Assembly (NCBI GenBank): GCA_009914755.4
Contig: CP086569.2
Span: 22,720,001 to 22,784,000 of the forward strand
Length of the DNA stretch: 64,000 nucleotides
From: the human T2T-CHM13v2.0 reference genome, Homo sapiens
Direction: 5' to 3'
Shown in pieces: positions 1-13,330 of this stretch (position 1 is its first letter; every line of letters starts with the position of its first letter). The notes beneath the pieces were generated by a model. It searched no databases. It was not told the DNA's origin and saw only the letters and a program-made list of their open reading frames with translations. A program made the position numbers and the translations under genes.

Positions 1-66
1 TCCAGGAAGATATTGTCGCTCTGCGTGGAGGAACTCCATAATTCTCTCTTCTTTGTGACATGGGAC
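1..66 (-). CDS. RBMY1: RBMY1 copy A exon 6 (3' part cut by window start); encodes ...[23 protein letters not shown]...
   Basis: rc translation matches RBMY1 [39 protein letters not shown]. Acceptor AG at 67-68 (rc). Full copy of this exon lies at 23491..23605 in unit 2. Confidence 0.8.
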
Positions 67-2076
67 CTTTAACATTCAAATGATGGAACATTACGTAAAG
101 AACACCAAATCTGAAACGCTATTTTCTCTTCTCTCAAACAACTTTTTAAAATTATTTCTTCTATGACTCCATTCTTTGTTTCCTAAATTACTAGACAGAC
201 ATGACACTGTGAATATTTCTCATGGCTTTGGATAATCCCATGGCTCCCACAAGGCCAGTTCTTCTAATGAAGCTGAAGGCAAACATTAATGCTTAGGTAA
301 AAGTTCATTTGTAATGGTTAATAACTACTTAGTTATTATTTTCCTTTCCATATAAATTACTGATGACTGTGAGTGACACAGGGAAAACACGTAAAACCAT
401 CAAACTCTTCACTGATTTTAAAGTTTACATACATTGTTCTTTCTCAGCCAAAGAAGGTAGATTTTCCAATATCATTCAGTCCATCTCACAGACACATAAA
501 TACAGCTACCTTTAAATGACTATATGCTAAATGTTTACATAAAAGTTCTTTAACTGGTTGGCTCTATCTTAAATGTTGACAAATTAAAATGTATTAGTGA
601 AGATTTTCTAATGATGGTCAAGATTTGCTTTTACTGCAAAGAAAGCAATGCTATGCAAGGGGTCATTACAACATTGTTGCTGTTTCAAAATAGAAAGTTT
701 CTCCTCTAATATATTCTTCACTTGCTATTCCTTAGCGGTCAGTGTTTCACATATGATACCTTCACTGGCTAATTTTCCAATGGAAATGTGTTGGCTTGGG
801 TATCCTGAAGCCAATAAATACCTCCCTTCACCGATACTCTACGTATGAAATGTAAAATTGAAAATGGCAGTTTTTAACTTCCTCCGTATGCGGATGGAGG
901 ACTAAGAAAGAATTTTAATTTGCTCTGCTTAAACTTCCTTGCTAAGAACTTTTATTTATTGTCTTATTTTCTTCTGTTCAGTCTGCAGTCTTACAATTCT
1001 TCTCAAAAGTATTACTTGCATTCAACCCTACCGCTCACCTCATGTTGCTGAGTTCTAAATTCTCTCCTCAAATAATTTCAAATCTTACACTAAGGATCTT
1101 GTGTTAATGTTTAAACATCCCGGTACAATCTCAATTACTGATTTACATACACCTATATTTCACAACTCTGCATTTCTGTGATATCCACTTAATTTAAGAA
1201 TTTTGGACTCCTACGTGTCTACCTCTCGAGCCTTAAATTTATTTTTAAATCATATTTAAGCCCAATGACTCCTTGTCTGCTAAATGCTCTTGTAGTTCTT
1301 TTGAATCTTCATGCAAGCAGTGAGTATGCCTTGCACATACGCATTACTGAGGTCTCAGAAGCTGGATGGCCAGGCTTAGCGGCTCACACTGTGAGTGAGT
1401 GTGGAAGGCTGAGGCAGCTGGACCGCTTGAGCCCCAGGCTTTAACATCAGTTTTGACAATGTAGTCAGATCCTCTCTCTACAAAAACATAGGGAAAAAAA
1501 TGTAGCTAGGTGTGCTGCTGCATGCCTGTAGTTGCACAAACTCGGGAGGCTGAAACAGCAGAATTGCTTGAGCCCAGGAATTTGAGGCTATAGTAAGCCG
1601 TCATCTCACAAATTTGAGGCTACAGTAAGCCGTCGTCTCACATAGTGCACTCTCACCTAGTAAGAGCAAGACTCCAACCCAGCAAAGTCACCGAACAAGC
1701 AATTTTTAGAATGGGACACCAGGGGACTTAGGAAATGGAAGAGTTAATTAGATCAAGAAGCCTACCATCAAAGAATACTGCTAGGAACTTTTAGAAAAAT
1801 TAAGGGGAATTTTCTAGCCAACACAGGATTAAAAGGAATGTTGGCCTCACTCTAATCACTTCTTTGATCTGCAATGAGAAGCTCAAGTATTTCTTCAACA
1901 TAAATCTGAAATGTACCTAGTGAGATAGAAACTATAATAAAAGCTATCAATCAGTAATTATGCTCACGTATGTGTCACTTCTCTTTTGTTCAATGAACTT
2001 AAAGCTAAGCATTCAGGTAAAACGGCTCATTTTTAGTCATACAAAAACTACGGTCTTTCTGTCAGGCAGCATTTAC

Positions 2077-2229
2077 CTTGGCTTCCCATCCAACTATTGC
2101 TTCTTGCCACAGCAGAAGGAGCAGATTTTTTCGGAGGAGGACCTCCACTTCTTGAAGATGGACCTCTTTTAACTGGAATGAGTCCCCTAGAATAACTCAT
2201 CTTGAGATCAGGAGTGTATCCACCATCAT
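2077..2229 (-). CDS. RBMY1: RBMY1 copy A exon 5 ([51 protein letters not shown])
   Basis: 153 nt. rc translation matches RBMY1. Donor gtaaat (rc of 2071-2076) and acceptor ag (rc of 2230-2231). Confidence 0.85.
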
Positions 2230-3085
2230 CTGTATTTCAAACAAAATCTTTTTAGTTAACTGACGTCACTGTTTCTTAAATGGCTAAGTTTTAGTTGTTT
2301 ACAAATATTTTCTACATTTTATAACAAATTCACATTTTGTCTAAACTAATAAAATTAGCATTCCTACAAGGTATTAGTACACTTCAAGCATTAAAAGTTC
2401 ATTTAGAAAATCTAGAAAGAAACTCAAGTATCATAATATATCGGTATGAAGGAGAGATGTGGGAAAATGGGGAGTGAACGGGGGCAGAAATCTATCACTA
2501 AAATATCCAAATATAATATACATAAAAATATTAAAAGAAAAATGATAAATGACTGTTTATATCATTCTGTAATGAGGAAAAATTTTCAAAGCACATCATA
2601 AAGATAAACTAATTTCCATTCAAAGAAACTCAAATATTTCCAATACCAAGAAATCACATATCAGGAAAATACATTGTCTCTAAAATTTGTTAACACAATA
2701 TAGAATTCTTAAAATTCCCTTATGAGACACTAATTTTCAGATGAGACTATGCTGAATTTTAACAGTCTTTAAGAATTGCATATTCGGTAATATAAACATA
2801 TTTTTATACATCTACAAAAACGTAGATATATGCCAATTGCCAGGTGGTGTTACAGGTTAGAATTTATGTACACATTCTCGTCCGTGGCAGAGTATAATTG
2901 AAGCTCACCCTCAAGATCAGTGGAGGCAAAACAGCCGTGAAGCTACGCATCTTAAAATGGAGCAAACACTGCAATTTCAACTTGAAAACAATCTCCAATT
3001 AATTACATGTCTGGTTATTAAAACTCCAAGCTATTTGTTAGAGTTTTGAAGGTTGGTTAATAGATAATACAAGTTAACCAACAGG

Positions 3086-3386
3086 TTTATTTATTTATTT
3101 ATTCAGATGCACTCTTGCCCTATCACGCAGGCTGGAGTGCCATGGCATAACCTTGGCTCACTGCAGCTTTTGCCTCCCAGGTTCCTGTGATTCTCCTGCC
3201 TCAGCCTCCTGAGTAGCTGGGATTACAGGTGCACGCCACCAGGCCCAGGCAAATTTTTTTGTATCTTTAGGAGAGACAGGGTTTCACCATGTTGGCCAGG
3301 CTGGTCTGGAACTCCTGACCTCGTGGTCCACCTCCCCTGTACTCCCCAGGTGCTGAGGTGACAGGCGTGAGCCACCTCGCACAGCC
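3086..3386 (-). mobile_element. Alu (antisense; AluS/Y-like), copy at 26625..26925
   Basis: Canonical Alu sequence. rc starts ggctgtgcgaggtggctcacgcc and ends in an A-rich tail (plus-strand tttatttatttatt). Confidence 0.8.
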
Positions 3387-4144
3387 CATCCAATAGTTTT
3401 TTCTTTTTCCTTTTTTTTAAATATATGGTTTGTTTTTCTTTTATATGTAAAGATGGACCCCTCATTTCTATTAAGTAAATCACTCATAAATATCATTTTC
3501 AGTGACTCAGCCTCCAGCAAAGAAAGATTCATACATATCTGTGAAGCAGTGGTTTTTAGATCTTTCCAGAGTCACAGACTCTTTTCAGAAATTAAAGTTC
3601 TACATTTCTTAAATTGAAAATGCTTTACGGCAGGCCAATGTACAAACTCTCTGTATCAAAATTACAAAGCAATACATTTGCATAGATGTTTCCACATGTA
3701 GACACAAGAAAACAAATACTGCAAAATCAATCTTCAGTATTCAGTTACTTCTTCCTGTTGGAAAATTTTAAATATTACATCGTACTTTGATAATACAACT
3801 GACACGAAGTTCTGGGCCCTAAAGTAGAAAACTCTAAAGTATAATGAATATAAATGAGTTCTGCAGAAAACCGGTTGAGTACAGGCAATCAGCATTCACA
3901 AACACAACTCAGTTTCAAATGTGTGTTACTTCAGTGCAAACTTATTATAATTGTTAAACAAATTTTAGATATTAGTTCAATCATTCTTATAATACACCTT
4001 TATAGTACTTAGAAATAAGTTTGCTTATTATCAATAAGCTAATTTTCTCTTCATACAGGAAAGAAAAAAATTAAGAAATTTCAATATCGTCAAACTTATT
4101 TTCTTTCAGTCCTATGGTTCCATCTTTATATTTTAAAACATTAC

Positions 4145-4322
4145 CCAGGTGCCCTTCATGTGAGGGAAGCCACCCTCTTGTTCCTCCACGGCTTCCTCTT
4201 GCAGATCTCAGACTTCCTGAAGGGCTTCTGTTTCTCGAAGAAGCTGGTGGTCTCCGCCTACCACCACTTTGAAAAGATGGTTTCTTGGCTTGTTCTACTT
4301 TTATTGCTTTTCCATGCAAAGA
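4145..4322 (-). CDS. RBMY1: RBMY1 copy A exon 4 ([59 protein letters not shown])
   Basis: 178 nt, matches RBMY1 RRM C-terminus and linker. Donor G|gtaatg and acceptor ttctag|TCT. Same peptide as ORF 4071..4319(-). Confidence 0.85.
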
Positions 4323-5403
4323 CTAGAAGTATTAAGGGTACTATCAATAACACCGGCACATTTAACGTAAGCACATTTTACAAACATTTTTACATCAACT
4401 GTAGTTCAATTTGAGGTATTTTTCTCCCAAAAGGAAACTTTTTTTTCTTCTAAAATGAACACATCTTTCGCAATGCCAAATTTGAGATAGTTACTGAGCA
4501 CATGCCTTCCATTAAGGGATCAAACACAAATTCTATTATTCAAATTCCTTGAAAACTTTTCCATCATTAAAAAAAAAAAAAACTCAAACATAAAAAAAAA
4601 GTTTGACCCATCACACATTCTGTGGAAGAATGTGGCACATCTGTTTTTTACAATATATAATCCACTTCATCTTTGTAGTCACATCACTGATTTGAAAGTT
4701 GCAGTGTCCCAATGAAACTCGTGTCATTTAAAAAAAAAATGAGCTTACTTTTTCAGAGTGATTAGGCACATTACTCATTATGAGTTGTTTCTTGTTGGAT
4801 TTGCTAACACTTCCATAAAATGTCCCCATATGATTTACAATTCTATATTGACTCTAAAAATGTTTCTGTAAATGTGATCCTTGTTTGATCTCATTAAGTT
4901 TTCTTGCCTTACTCATTTCTTACATTGCCTTAGACGTGCCCCTAAAAAACGAATCTTAATATAGTACTTCAGGTAATTTCTCAGAAATGCTTAACTATCC
5001 TAATTAATTTCATAATAACATTTTTCACTGTAATCTTTTCTACAGGCCACAGCAATTTTTGAAAACAGTTCAGCTAATAATGCGATTTAAAAATTACATG
5101 GCTTTTGTTATTTGGAGGAAGGACTTAAATCCCTGAACAAGACCGCTTGCAGCCACATCGCCCGTTGTTCCTACCTTGAAACTTCTTTTGTTATTTCTGG
5201 GCTCAAAATATTTTCCCCAGATTTGCCCACGGCTGCTTCCTTCCCAGTGTTCTGAAGTCAGCCAAAATTCCTTAACTGTTAATTCCCCCTGAAAACTCAA
5301 AGAACCTCCTTTATTGGCCATCTTAACATTAATGTGCATACAACATTCATAGTTATTTTAACACAATAAAATACGTGAGATGAAGTAATTTAGAAATAAC
5401 GTT

Positions 5404-5707
<304 letters not shown>

Positions 5708-6180
5708 TTACACAAATTACCTGCCCTTTTGCTTGAAAACTAGAGGGAAAAAAGAAATTATCATAGCTTCCTATACAGAAGTCAAAATTATCTCCATACC
5801 TACCACAAAGCCATGAACCAAAAGCAACTCTCGGTTTCTACCACAGCTTGAAATACTAATTTATAAGGGTGAATAAAAATGTACTTTCTGCTATGTGACA
5901 GGAAGTGTGCTAGATGTAACAGAAAGAAAAGCAACTAGCAAGACTTAAATATGCACTATATACAATTTCACGATCAATAGATTAATACATAGTACAGCGA
6001 GTAGAAAATACCTACAATACGCAATGAGGAAGAAAATTATGAAATCTAAGTGGTTTTTGAAGCATAAATTTTATTTATGAGCCATACACAGGGAAGGATA
6101 ATTCTCAAGAAGTCTAAAAAAGCACTTTGGGAATAGCGTGAAGACTAACAGGACCTAAAAACAGATTGGGATAACGTTAT

Positions 6181-6497
6181 TTATTTATTTTATTTATTTT
6201 TTGTTTTTTTCAGACGGATTCTTGCTCTGTTGCCAGGCTGGAGTGCATCGGCGTGATCTCGGCTCACTGCAACCTCTGCCTCCTTGGGTTTAACCGATTC
6301 CCCTGCCTCAGCCTACTGACTAGCTGGAACTACAGGCACACACAACCAGATGCAGCTAATTTTTTTTTTTGTATTTTAGTAGCGACAGGGTTTCACCATG
6401 TTGGCCATTATGGTTTCTTTCTCCTGACCTTGTGATCTGCCCGCCTTGGCCACCCAAAGCGCTGGGATTACACGCATGAGCCACCATGCCCGGCATG
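6181..6497 (-). mobile_element. Alu (antisense), copy at 29720..30036
   Basis: Full-length Alu in reverse orientation. The ORF 6253..6435 lies inside it. Confidence 0.8.
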
Positions 6498-7323
6498 ATT
6501 GGGATAATGTTATAAAGCAAAAAACACTAAAGAGCACAGAATGGAATGCTCTTGACTACAATGTAAAGGAATTCAATAATTAATATCATTACATAGAAGT
6601 TTAAAGCTTAAGTAAACACACAATCTCTAGATTTAAGACTCAACAGGACAAGAGACCATTGGTTCAATCAAAACAAGTCCTCAAACACACTGGGGAAATG
6701 AGTAATTAGCTATTCATGTTACATAAATCACTCTGGTGACAGGAAAGAAATGTCCTTAGGAGAAAAAGCAAGCATGGAGCCAAGAATGCCAGTTACTTCT
6801 TCTGTTATCTGACTTCAATGTTCTCATATTATTTTCTATTTTCAACTACTTAACCTTTCCGTAAATGTAAAGGTCTTATTTAAATACACTTTCGCAAGAA
6901 TATATTTTCATAAAATATATTCTTCAAGAAGGAAAGAGTCTTTCCTTCTTGTGCGTCTGTCTAGATGTCTATCCAGTTTGTCTACGCTCTAAAAGTATTT
7001 CCATGAATTGGATGTACTTCAATTAATAGCATTTAATAAATATTGACTTATTACTTTCATTTACATGAGGGTTCCTTATAAGTTTTAAAGCTCTTCAAAA
7101 CCTTTTAAAATCTATTTGCACTCATATCGAAATACAAACATAGAAAAAGGTTACCAAATATTAATTTATGTAATGTTAATTCCAATACCCTTCCAACTAC
7201 ACTTGCACGTATATGGCACAAAAAAGAGGATGGCTTCATGTGTCATTCTACTATCCTCAAAAGTTTAGCAATATTAAAAAGACCTAGAAATATTGTTAAT
7301 TGAAGAACAGAGTTAGAATATTA

Positions 7324-7503
<180 letters not shown>

Positions 7504-7856
7504 CTAAAGGTTACATCAAACTAAAAAATAATTGCATTTCACATCACTATTATGGTTCTCGATACTCAGTCACCCCTACAGTCAGTCTAGTTTATTCCAG
7601 TTTGTTTCGGAACTCCACAGCACATTTACTTTCCCTCATTTTCCTTTCTAAGTAGTAGGTTATCCTTTCCATAGAACCTTAACCTACTACTATGAGAATT
7701 TTCCAAATATCAAACAGATACTACAAAATAAGAGTTTAAAATGCATAAGGCATTTTAATGTAGGTATACAATGAACTTTGAAAAAATATATTTTTTCAAA
7801 ACATATATATATAACATACATATTTTAAACATACCTATTGAAATATACATGTGAAA

Positions 7857-7860
<4 letters not shown>

Positions 7861-7904
<44 letters not shown>
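7861..7904. repeat. (CA)22 microsatellite in RBMY1 intron 2, 16 nt from the exon-2 donor. The unit-2 copy (31400..31433) is 5 repeats shorter
   Basis: Direct count. Alignment offset changes from 23,539 to 23,529 across the tract. Confidence 0.9.
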
Positions 7905-7906
<2 letters not shown>

Positions 7907-7911
7907 TTTTA

Positions 7912-8049
<138 letters not shown>

Positions 8050-8386
8050 TTATCTATATTTAGATATAAATAAGCTAAAAAGATAAAATTTTATTACATA
8101 CTGTGCTGAAAACCCAAGTAAAATTCCCTTCCTGAGGCTGACATCTTTTTAGTATTTCTTACTTTATATATGTAAAATTTGTAACACTCAGAGCAAAGGG
8201 GCACTAACTTCATGGACAAATGCTGCATTTTAGTATGTACCTGACAAAAATCTCATTTCTAAAAATTAGATAAGAAAAGCTATTGTAATTTTCCTCAGTT
8301 GCAATATGAAGAATGTCCCCATTTAAATAATTTTATTTGAAAAGAATCTATTTATGAGGTACAGTGTGATGTTTTGCATATTTTCT

Positions 8387-8658
8387 TTCTTGAGATGTCT
8401 GTCTCCTGTCGCCAAAGTGAACTGCTCACTGCAGGCTCTTCCACCCAGCCTCAACTGATCTTCCTACATCTCAGCTTCCCAAGTAGCTAGTACTACAGGC
8501 GCTTTCTACCACAGCTGGGCAATTTTTTGTATTTTTAAAAATAGACAAGGGTTTCCCCATAGTGCCCAAGCTAGTCTCCAAATCTTCGGCTCAAGTGTTC
8601 TGCCGGCTTGGGACTACCAAAGTGATGGGATTTCAAGGGTGACTCACCACACTCAGCA
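8387..8658 (-). mobile_element. Old diverged Alu (antisense, AluJ-like) in RBMY1 intron 1, copy at 31916..32187
   Basis: Diverged Alu in reverse orientation, in intron 1 of the RBMY1 copy A gene. Confidence 0.6.
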
Positions 8659-9939
8659 TGATATTTGGATAAGAGATTAAATCAAGCTACTTAAAATGTT
8701 CTAGGAGGAGAATATTTTAAATATTTTACCATCTTTTAGTGATTTGAAATATACAATAGGTCAAAGATCCCCAAACCCTAGCCTTCAACCCGTACCTATC
8801 TGTGGCCTGAATGTGATGCCGGAGGATGACCTGCAATACCTGTCTGTGGAGAATGTAACGCCTGAGGATGACCTGAGGTGGTACAGTTTTATCCGGAAAC
8901 CATCCTCCCTACTCCCTCGCTGGCCCTCCCTGTCCCCGTGACAGCCTCACTGCCCCACCTGGCCTCTGTCACATTGCTCCTACCGGAAGACCCGCCCCAC
9001 CACGTGCCCCTCGGAGACCTGCCGCCAGCCCCCACTCCCAAACCTGTCCACCTCGCCGCCTTCTTCCCCTGCGCAACCTTTCTCTGAGGAAAAACTGACT
9101 TCCACTAAACCAGTCCCTGATGCGAAAATAGCAATGAAAGAGTCCAGTACGTTACCCAGGCTGGTCTCAAACTCCTGACTTCAAGCCATCCTCCGACCTC
9201 CACTTCCCAAAATGCTAGGACTACAGGAGTAAGGCAGTGTGCCAGGTTAACAGAATAACTTAAGCGCATCTATTTTGTTCCAGTTTTCGGCTATCTAACT
9301 CCATTTGTCTCGATTACACCCACTTATTCGGTTTAAATTATTTACGGTGCCAAAGACACATGAAACGTTTCAAATACTGCCATACAACGAAGGAGACAAT
9401 CACAGGCTTTACAGAGGCAAACTGAAACTCAGATTATTTGTGGCCCCATATTTCTACATACACTAAAGTAACACAATTTATGTCAAAATTTGATAATTCT
9501 TCCAAGCAAATCAGACACGCGACATGTGCTAACCAAAAGTGTGACTTTTTAATCGCAGTGGTTAAGTGTATTGCCTGTATTCTGAATTATCACCACATTC
9601 ACAGAGAAAACCCGCTTTAATAAAAAGTGCACATGAAAACCAATGGCGGCTTAGCACCATCTCCCACAACTAGTCGGACACATTAGGCAGTTAAAGGTAG
9701 AATCCTCAGGAAAAATCAATGAGTTTAACGAAAGTGAGTCTCTTAATAGCACTGAGGAGTTCTTTCCCCACTGACTCCTCCCGTAATTCAACACCCACAC
9801 ATAGAAAACCCATCCCCTTTTATAGACAAAATCCCAAACCTTCGCTTTCTATTCTTGCCGAGAGACCCAGCTGTCCAGAGAAACAGAAAATACCTGCGCT
9901 TTTTAGTAGGACAAAGAGCCTGAGGTTCGCCTGGCCCTC

Positions 9940-10260
9940 AGGCCGTACGTAACCGGCTTCGGAACACCACAGGGCCAACTGCGGGAGGGACAGCTGGAGC
10001 TTCCCTGAGAGGGAAGGACGCCGGAAGCCGTGCCCGGAAATCCCGCCTACCTCCAGCGGCCAATCATTGCGAAGGCGGTGGGCGTCAGCCAGTTACTGCA
10101 AAGGCTGTGGGCGTGTCCTGAGGCCGCTCCGCCCCAGCAGGCCTGCGGCTCCATCATCTCGCGGTAACTCTTCCGAGACCACGCTTGTGCCACGTGGCGG
10201 GCCGCGGTGGATTAAGGCACACGCGAACTGTGAGCCCTTTGCAATTGTGGGCATGGAAGA
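9940..10260 (-). promoter_or_regulatory. RBMY1: CpG-rich promoter region of RBMY1 copy A with putative non-coding exon 1 (possible donor ctggag|gtaggc near 10050; inverted CCAAT/Y-box ~10062-10071; E-box CACGTG ~10190)
   Basis: Dense CpGs ~2 kb upstream (minus-strand sense) of the ATG exon. Exon 2 has an acceptor 4 nt before the ATG, so a 5' non-coding exon is required. Exact exon-1 limits not determinable here. Confidence 0.4.
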
Positions 10261-11849
10261 CCTACACCCTAACTGGCATCCTGAGTGTGGCAAGACATTA
10301 ACTAACCCACAGGGAACACATGAAACATCTCACTTCATTAGGCAGGCTAGGCTGATGGTACTGAATATTGCGGATCCAGAGGGGAGAGAGAGGGACCAGC
10401 GCTGCTGCTGGGGCGAGGGCAGCAGCGGTGGCTTGGGGGGATTGGGGCAGGGCGGGTGCGTGGGACTAAAGTCGACTGGTACGTTGCTGAGGTGGAATTC
10501 ATCTGCACCAGAAGCTGAAACCCTGCAAGGATTCTGTCAGGTCTAGGCAAATACATACTCCGAGTTCCATGGTTCCTCCCTGAGGATGCTGTACTCACAG
10601 GGGCATTCCAAAGGACTTCTCATCCTGTGCCCTGGGCACACGGGAGGCCTACCGCCATGGTCGCCAATGCAGTGATCCGTGTGCACTGCTTTGCTGGTGC
10701 AGAGGCTCTCACAAGTGCAGTGGTGGCCGTGTGCCTGCTAGCGGGGCTCTGGAAGCCAGGGCCTTGGCATCCGACTCCAGGGCTGCCGTGCGCAGCTAAC
10801 CCTGCTGGGTAGCTGAGCCCCAGTGTGAGTGTGACAGGCTAAGGGCCCTGTGGGGCCCCCCAGGAACCCTGTTCCACATAGGTGTAGGATGTGGTTCTCA
10901 GCAGGGCAAGGCCCGCAGGCCTCTCCTGGAGTTGCCCCCAGAGTTGACGGGTGCCGGGGGGGTGGGGTGGGAGGCACAGGCTTTGCTCTGTTGGAGCCTC
11001 AAGGAGGGCACCATGTTAAGGCTGGAGGCTGTGCAGGAGAGGATGGTCTGTGCACAGAGCAGGAAGACAACCCTGGGGGGAGAGGCATGCTAGTGGGGGA
11101 TGACATCATTGCAGAGATGGAGGTGGTGGCCAAGGAGGAAGGCCAATGTGGAGCCACAGCAGGAGGACCTGCAGGCACAGCCTGGCCCTGGCCCCAGTAC
11201 GCCCCGGCCAGCAACAGACTCGCTGGACGTCCTTCACTTGGAGCTCGGCTACGTGAATGTCCCAGGCCACAGGGCATCCCCGGCTTCTGGGCCAGAGCCA
11301 TATCCTTGCAGCTGCCAATTCGGGATGGTTGGCAGCAGGGGATGGGCGCGGAGCTCCCGGGAGCGGAGGTGGGGGGAAACAAGGTGGTAGGCACTGGCGG
11401 TCAGCCAGGATTCAGGGCATGGGGGACAACAAGGGGAACTGAGAACAGGCTCATGCGGATAGGAGGGCAGCTTAATTGCATGTGCCCTGAGGGCATGTGG
11501 TAGGGACAGGAAGCCAAGCACAGCACTCACCAGGGAGAATAGCAGCGCCAAGGACCCATCATAACAGCAGAAAGTTGAAGGATACGATTCACCGGGAAAG
11601 TCCCTGGAGGAAGGGGAGTCTGCATGCCCATGCCAGCCACGGAACTTCCCTGCTCCCCTTGCCTGTGTCCAGCAAGCTTACCCCAGAAACACAAGGTGCT
11701 CAAGACTCGGTGTCACTGTGCACGGGGCTGCTGTCCTATGCAAGGCAGGCACTATCTCCCCAGACACAATTTCTTCCCTCTGCCAGCGCTGCACCCAAAG
11801 ATGTTTAGGCCCTGAGTATATATAAGCTCCCTTGAAACCACTCGAGCTC

Positions 11850-13330
11850 CACGGGGAGAGCCAGGCACAGCCCCGTAGCTACTTCTACCCACAGCGGTTG
11901 CCTGGGGTGGACACGTGCACCCCTCAGGGAGACCAGGAGAAGGAGAGACGGCACACCCAGACAGCAGCAGAGCCTGTCCAGCACCCAGCACAGGAGGGCC
12001 TCCTGCAGCTCAGAAACGCCGAGCAAGTAGTCGCCTCACACAACAACACCCCGCCCCCAACCCCCTGCCCACTTCTTCAGTGCCAGCCCCTGGTCAGAGC
12101 AGGTTGTCTGGGCCTGCCTCCACCCACCACCAAGACCACCACAGCTCTGATGGTGCCCTCCACGCCAGACAGAGACAGAGGACCTGGAAGGGAAGGTGCC
12201 CTGCCCCACACTCTCCGTGCTCTTGCAAAGTTGCAGGGTGTTTCCTTGCACGCCCACCCAATCATCCGGCGGCTCCTTGACCAGAGGCAGATTGTGCGGC
12301 ACACCGAGATGTTGGCCGGGATCACAAATGATGATGAAGTCCTGCTAAGCTACGTACGTGATGGATTTGCAGGTCGGGCTAAGGAGCCTGAGTCTTCGGG
12401 AGGGGTCTGGTGTCTGGGTCAGGTTGAGGTACCCCTGGGACCCGGGGGTGTCTCAATGAGAGAGTTGGGAAGGAGAAACACATGCTTCACCCCAGCTAAC
12501 AGGTCACCTCACCCCAGCTACATGAAATGCTCCTTTGAGTACGTCCTCTTTCTCCTTCTTGGCCAGGTAAGGGGAGGAAAGCAACTCTTCCGGGTACCGG
12601 CAGCAGGATGAAGTTTTCCTTTTATCACAGTCTCTACTTCCACAATGAAGTGATCATTCAGGAGTACTGCCTTGGCATCCTCGGTAAGGAGCGCCTCCCA
12701 GCATGGTAGGGGAGCTGGTGTGTGGGAGGGTAGGTCTGGCATGAACCTTCCTGACTCCTCTCTCTGCAGGATACGGGATGTCTCATTCCACTGCAGTCTA
12801 GTGGTTGTGGGATCATGAAGGTCAAGCCTCCAGCTGCAGGCCGTACAGCTCCTACCTGACCTTCTTCAGCTGGTTGGCTGACCATGACTGCCCAGGTTCT
12901 GGCAGGATTGCTGAGGTGAGCGCCAGGTAGGGCATCATGGGAAAGGATCTTGCTGGTCATTCCTTGGCCTCTGGGGAACTGGCTTTGAGCCATGACCTGA
13001 ACTAACCTGTACCCACTTCTGCAGTCCCCTAGATCATCAGCCAGAGCCTGTAGCTCAATCCCCTGCAGTACTTCTCCAGGGAGGGAGGCCATTAGAGAGT
13101 GAACAGAGAGGAGGCCAGGTGAGCAGTCTGGGGCTGGGGACTGAGAGGCGGTTGATTCCTGGAGTTGTGCCCCACATGGAGAAACCAAGCCTCAGGGAGG
13201 TGACTGCAGTGAGCAATCCCACGCCATCCATGGGCTGGCGGAGAAATGGCCATCAAAGAACTGTAACACCCACATTTTAGGATTGGGGCACCTTCAGCCG
13301 CCTAAGAGGAATAAGTGTCTAAGGTCAGTG
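11850..13330 (+). ncRNA. Candidate plus-strand spliced transcript, divergent from RBMY1 copy A. TATA-like box at 11816-11826. Exon-like segments: 12631..12683, 12770..12915, 13026..13119, ~13281..13322. Exact copy at 35389..36869
   Basis: tatatataag motif. Segments bounded by polypyrimidine+AG acceptors and GTRAG donors (ttttatcacag|TCT...CTCG|gtaagg; ctctctctgcag|GAT...GAG|gtgagc; cttctgcag|TCC...CAG|gtgagc). No frame stays open across the junctions, so it is more likely non-coding. Confidence 0.25.

Noticed and set aside
6253-6435. ORFs lying inside Alu elements (6253..6435, 14706..15083, 15010..15234, 16206..16457, 29792..29974, 38235..38612, 48038..48289, 60269..60787 etc.)
   Set aside because: The sequences are canonical Alu left and right monomers. 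The peptides (…[12 protein letters not shown]…, …[10 protein letters not shown]…) are typical Alu-derived translations.
10067-12611. Long plus-strand ORFs (159, 217, 259 aa) and minus-strand ORFs (to 176 aa) in the GC-rich block as protein-coding genes
   Set aside because: They begin at non-ATG codons in the supplied track (e.g. TTG at 11832). They are low-complexity Pro/Gly/Ala-rich, as expected by chance in ~65% GC DNA. They overlap each other on both strands, and none survives the predicted splice junctions. They are kept only as a candidate non-coding transcript.
12658-13188. 176-aa minus-strand ORF overlapping the candidate plus-strand exons
   Set aside because: Non-ATG-dependent, low complexity, and antisense to the better-supported splice-site-bounded segments. 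It is duplicated only because the whole unit is duplicated.
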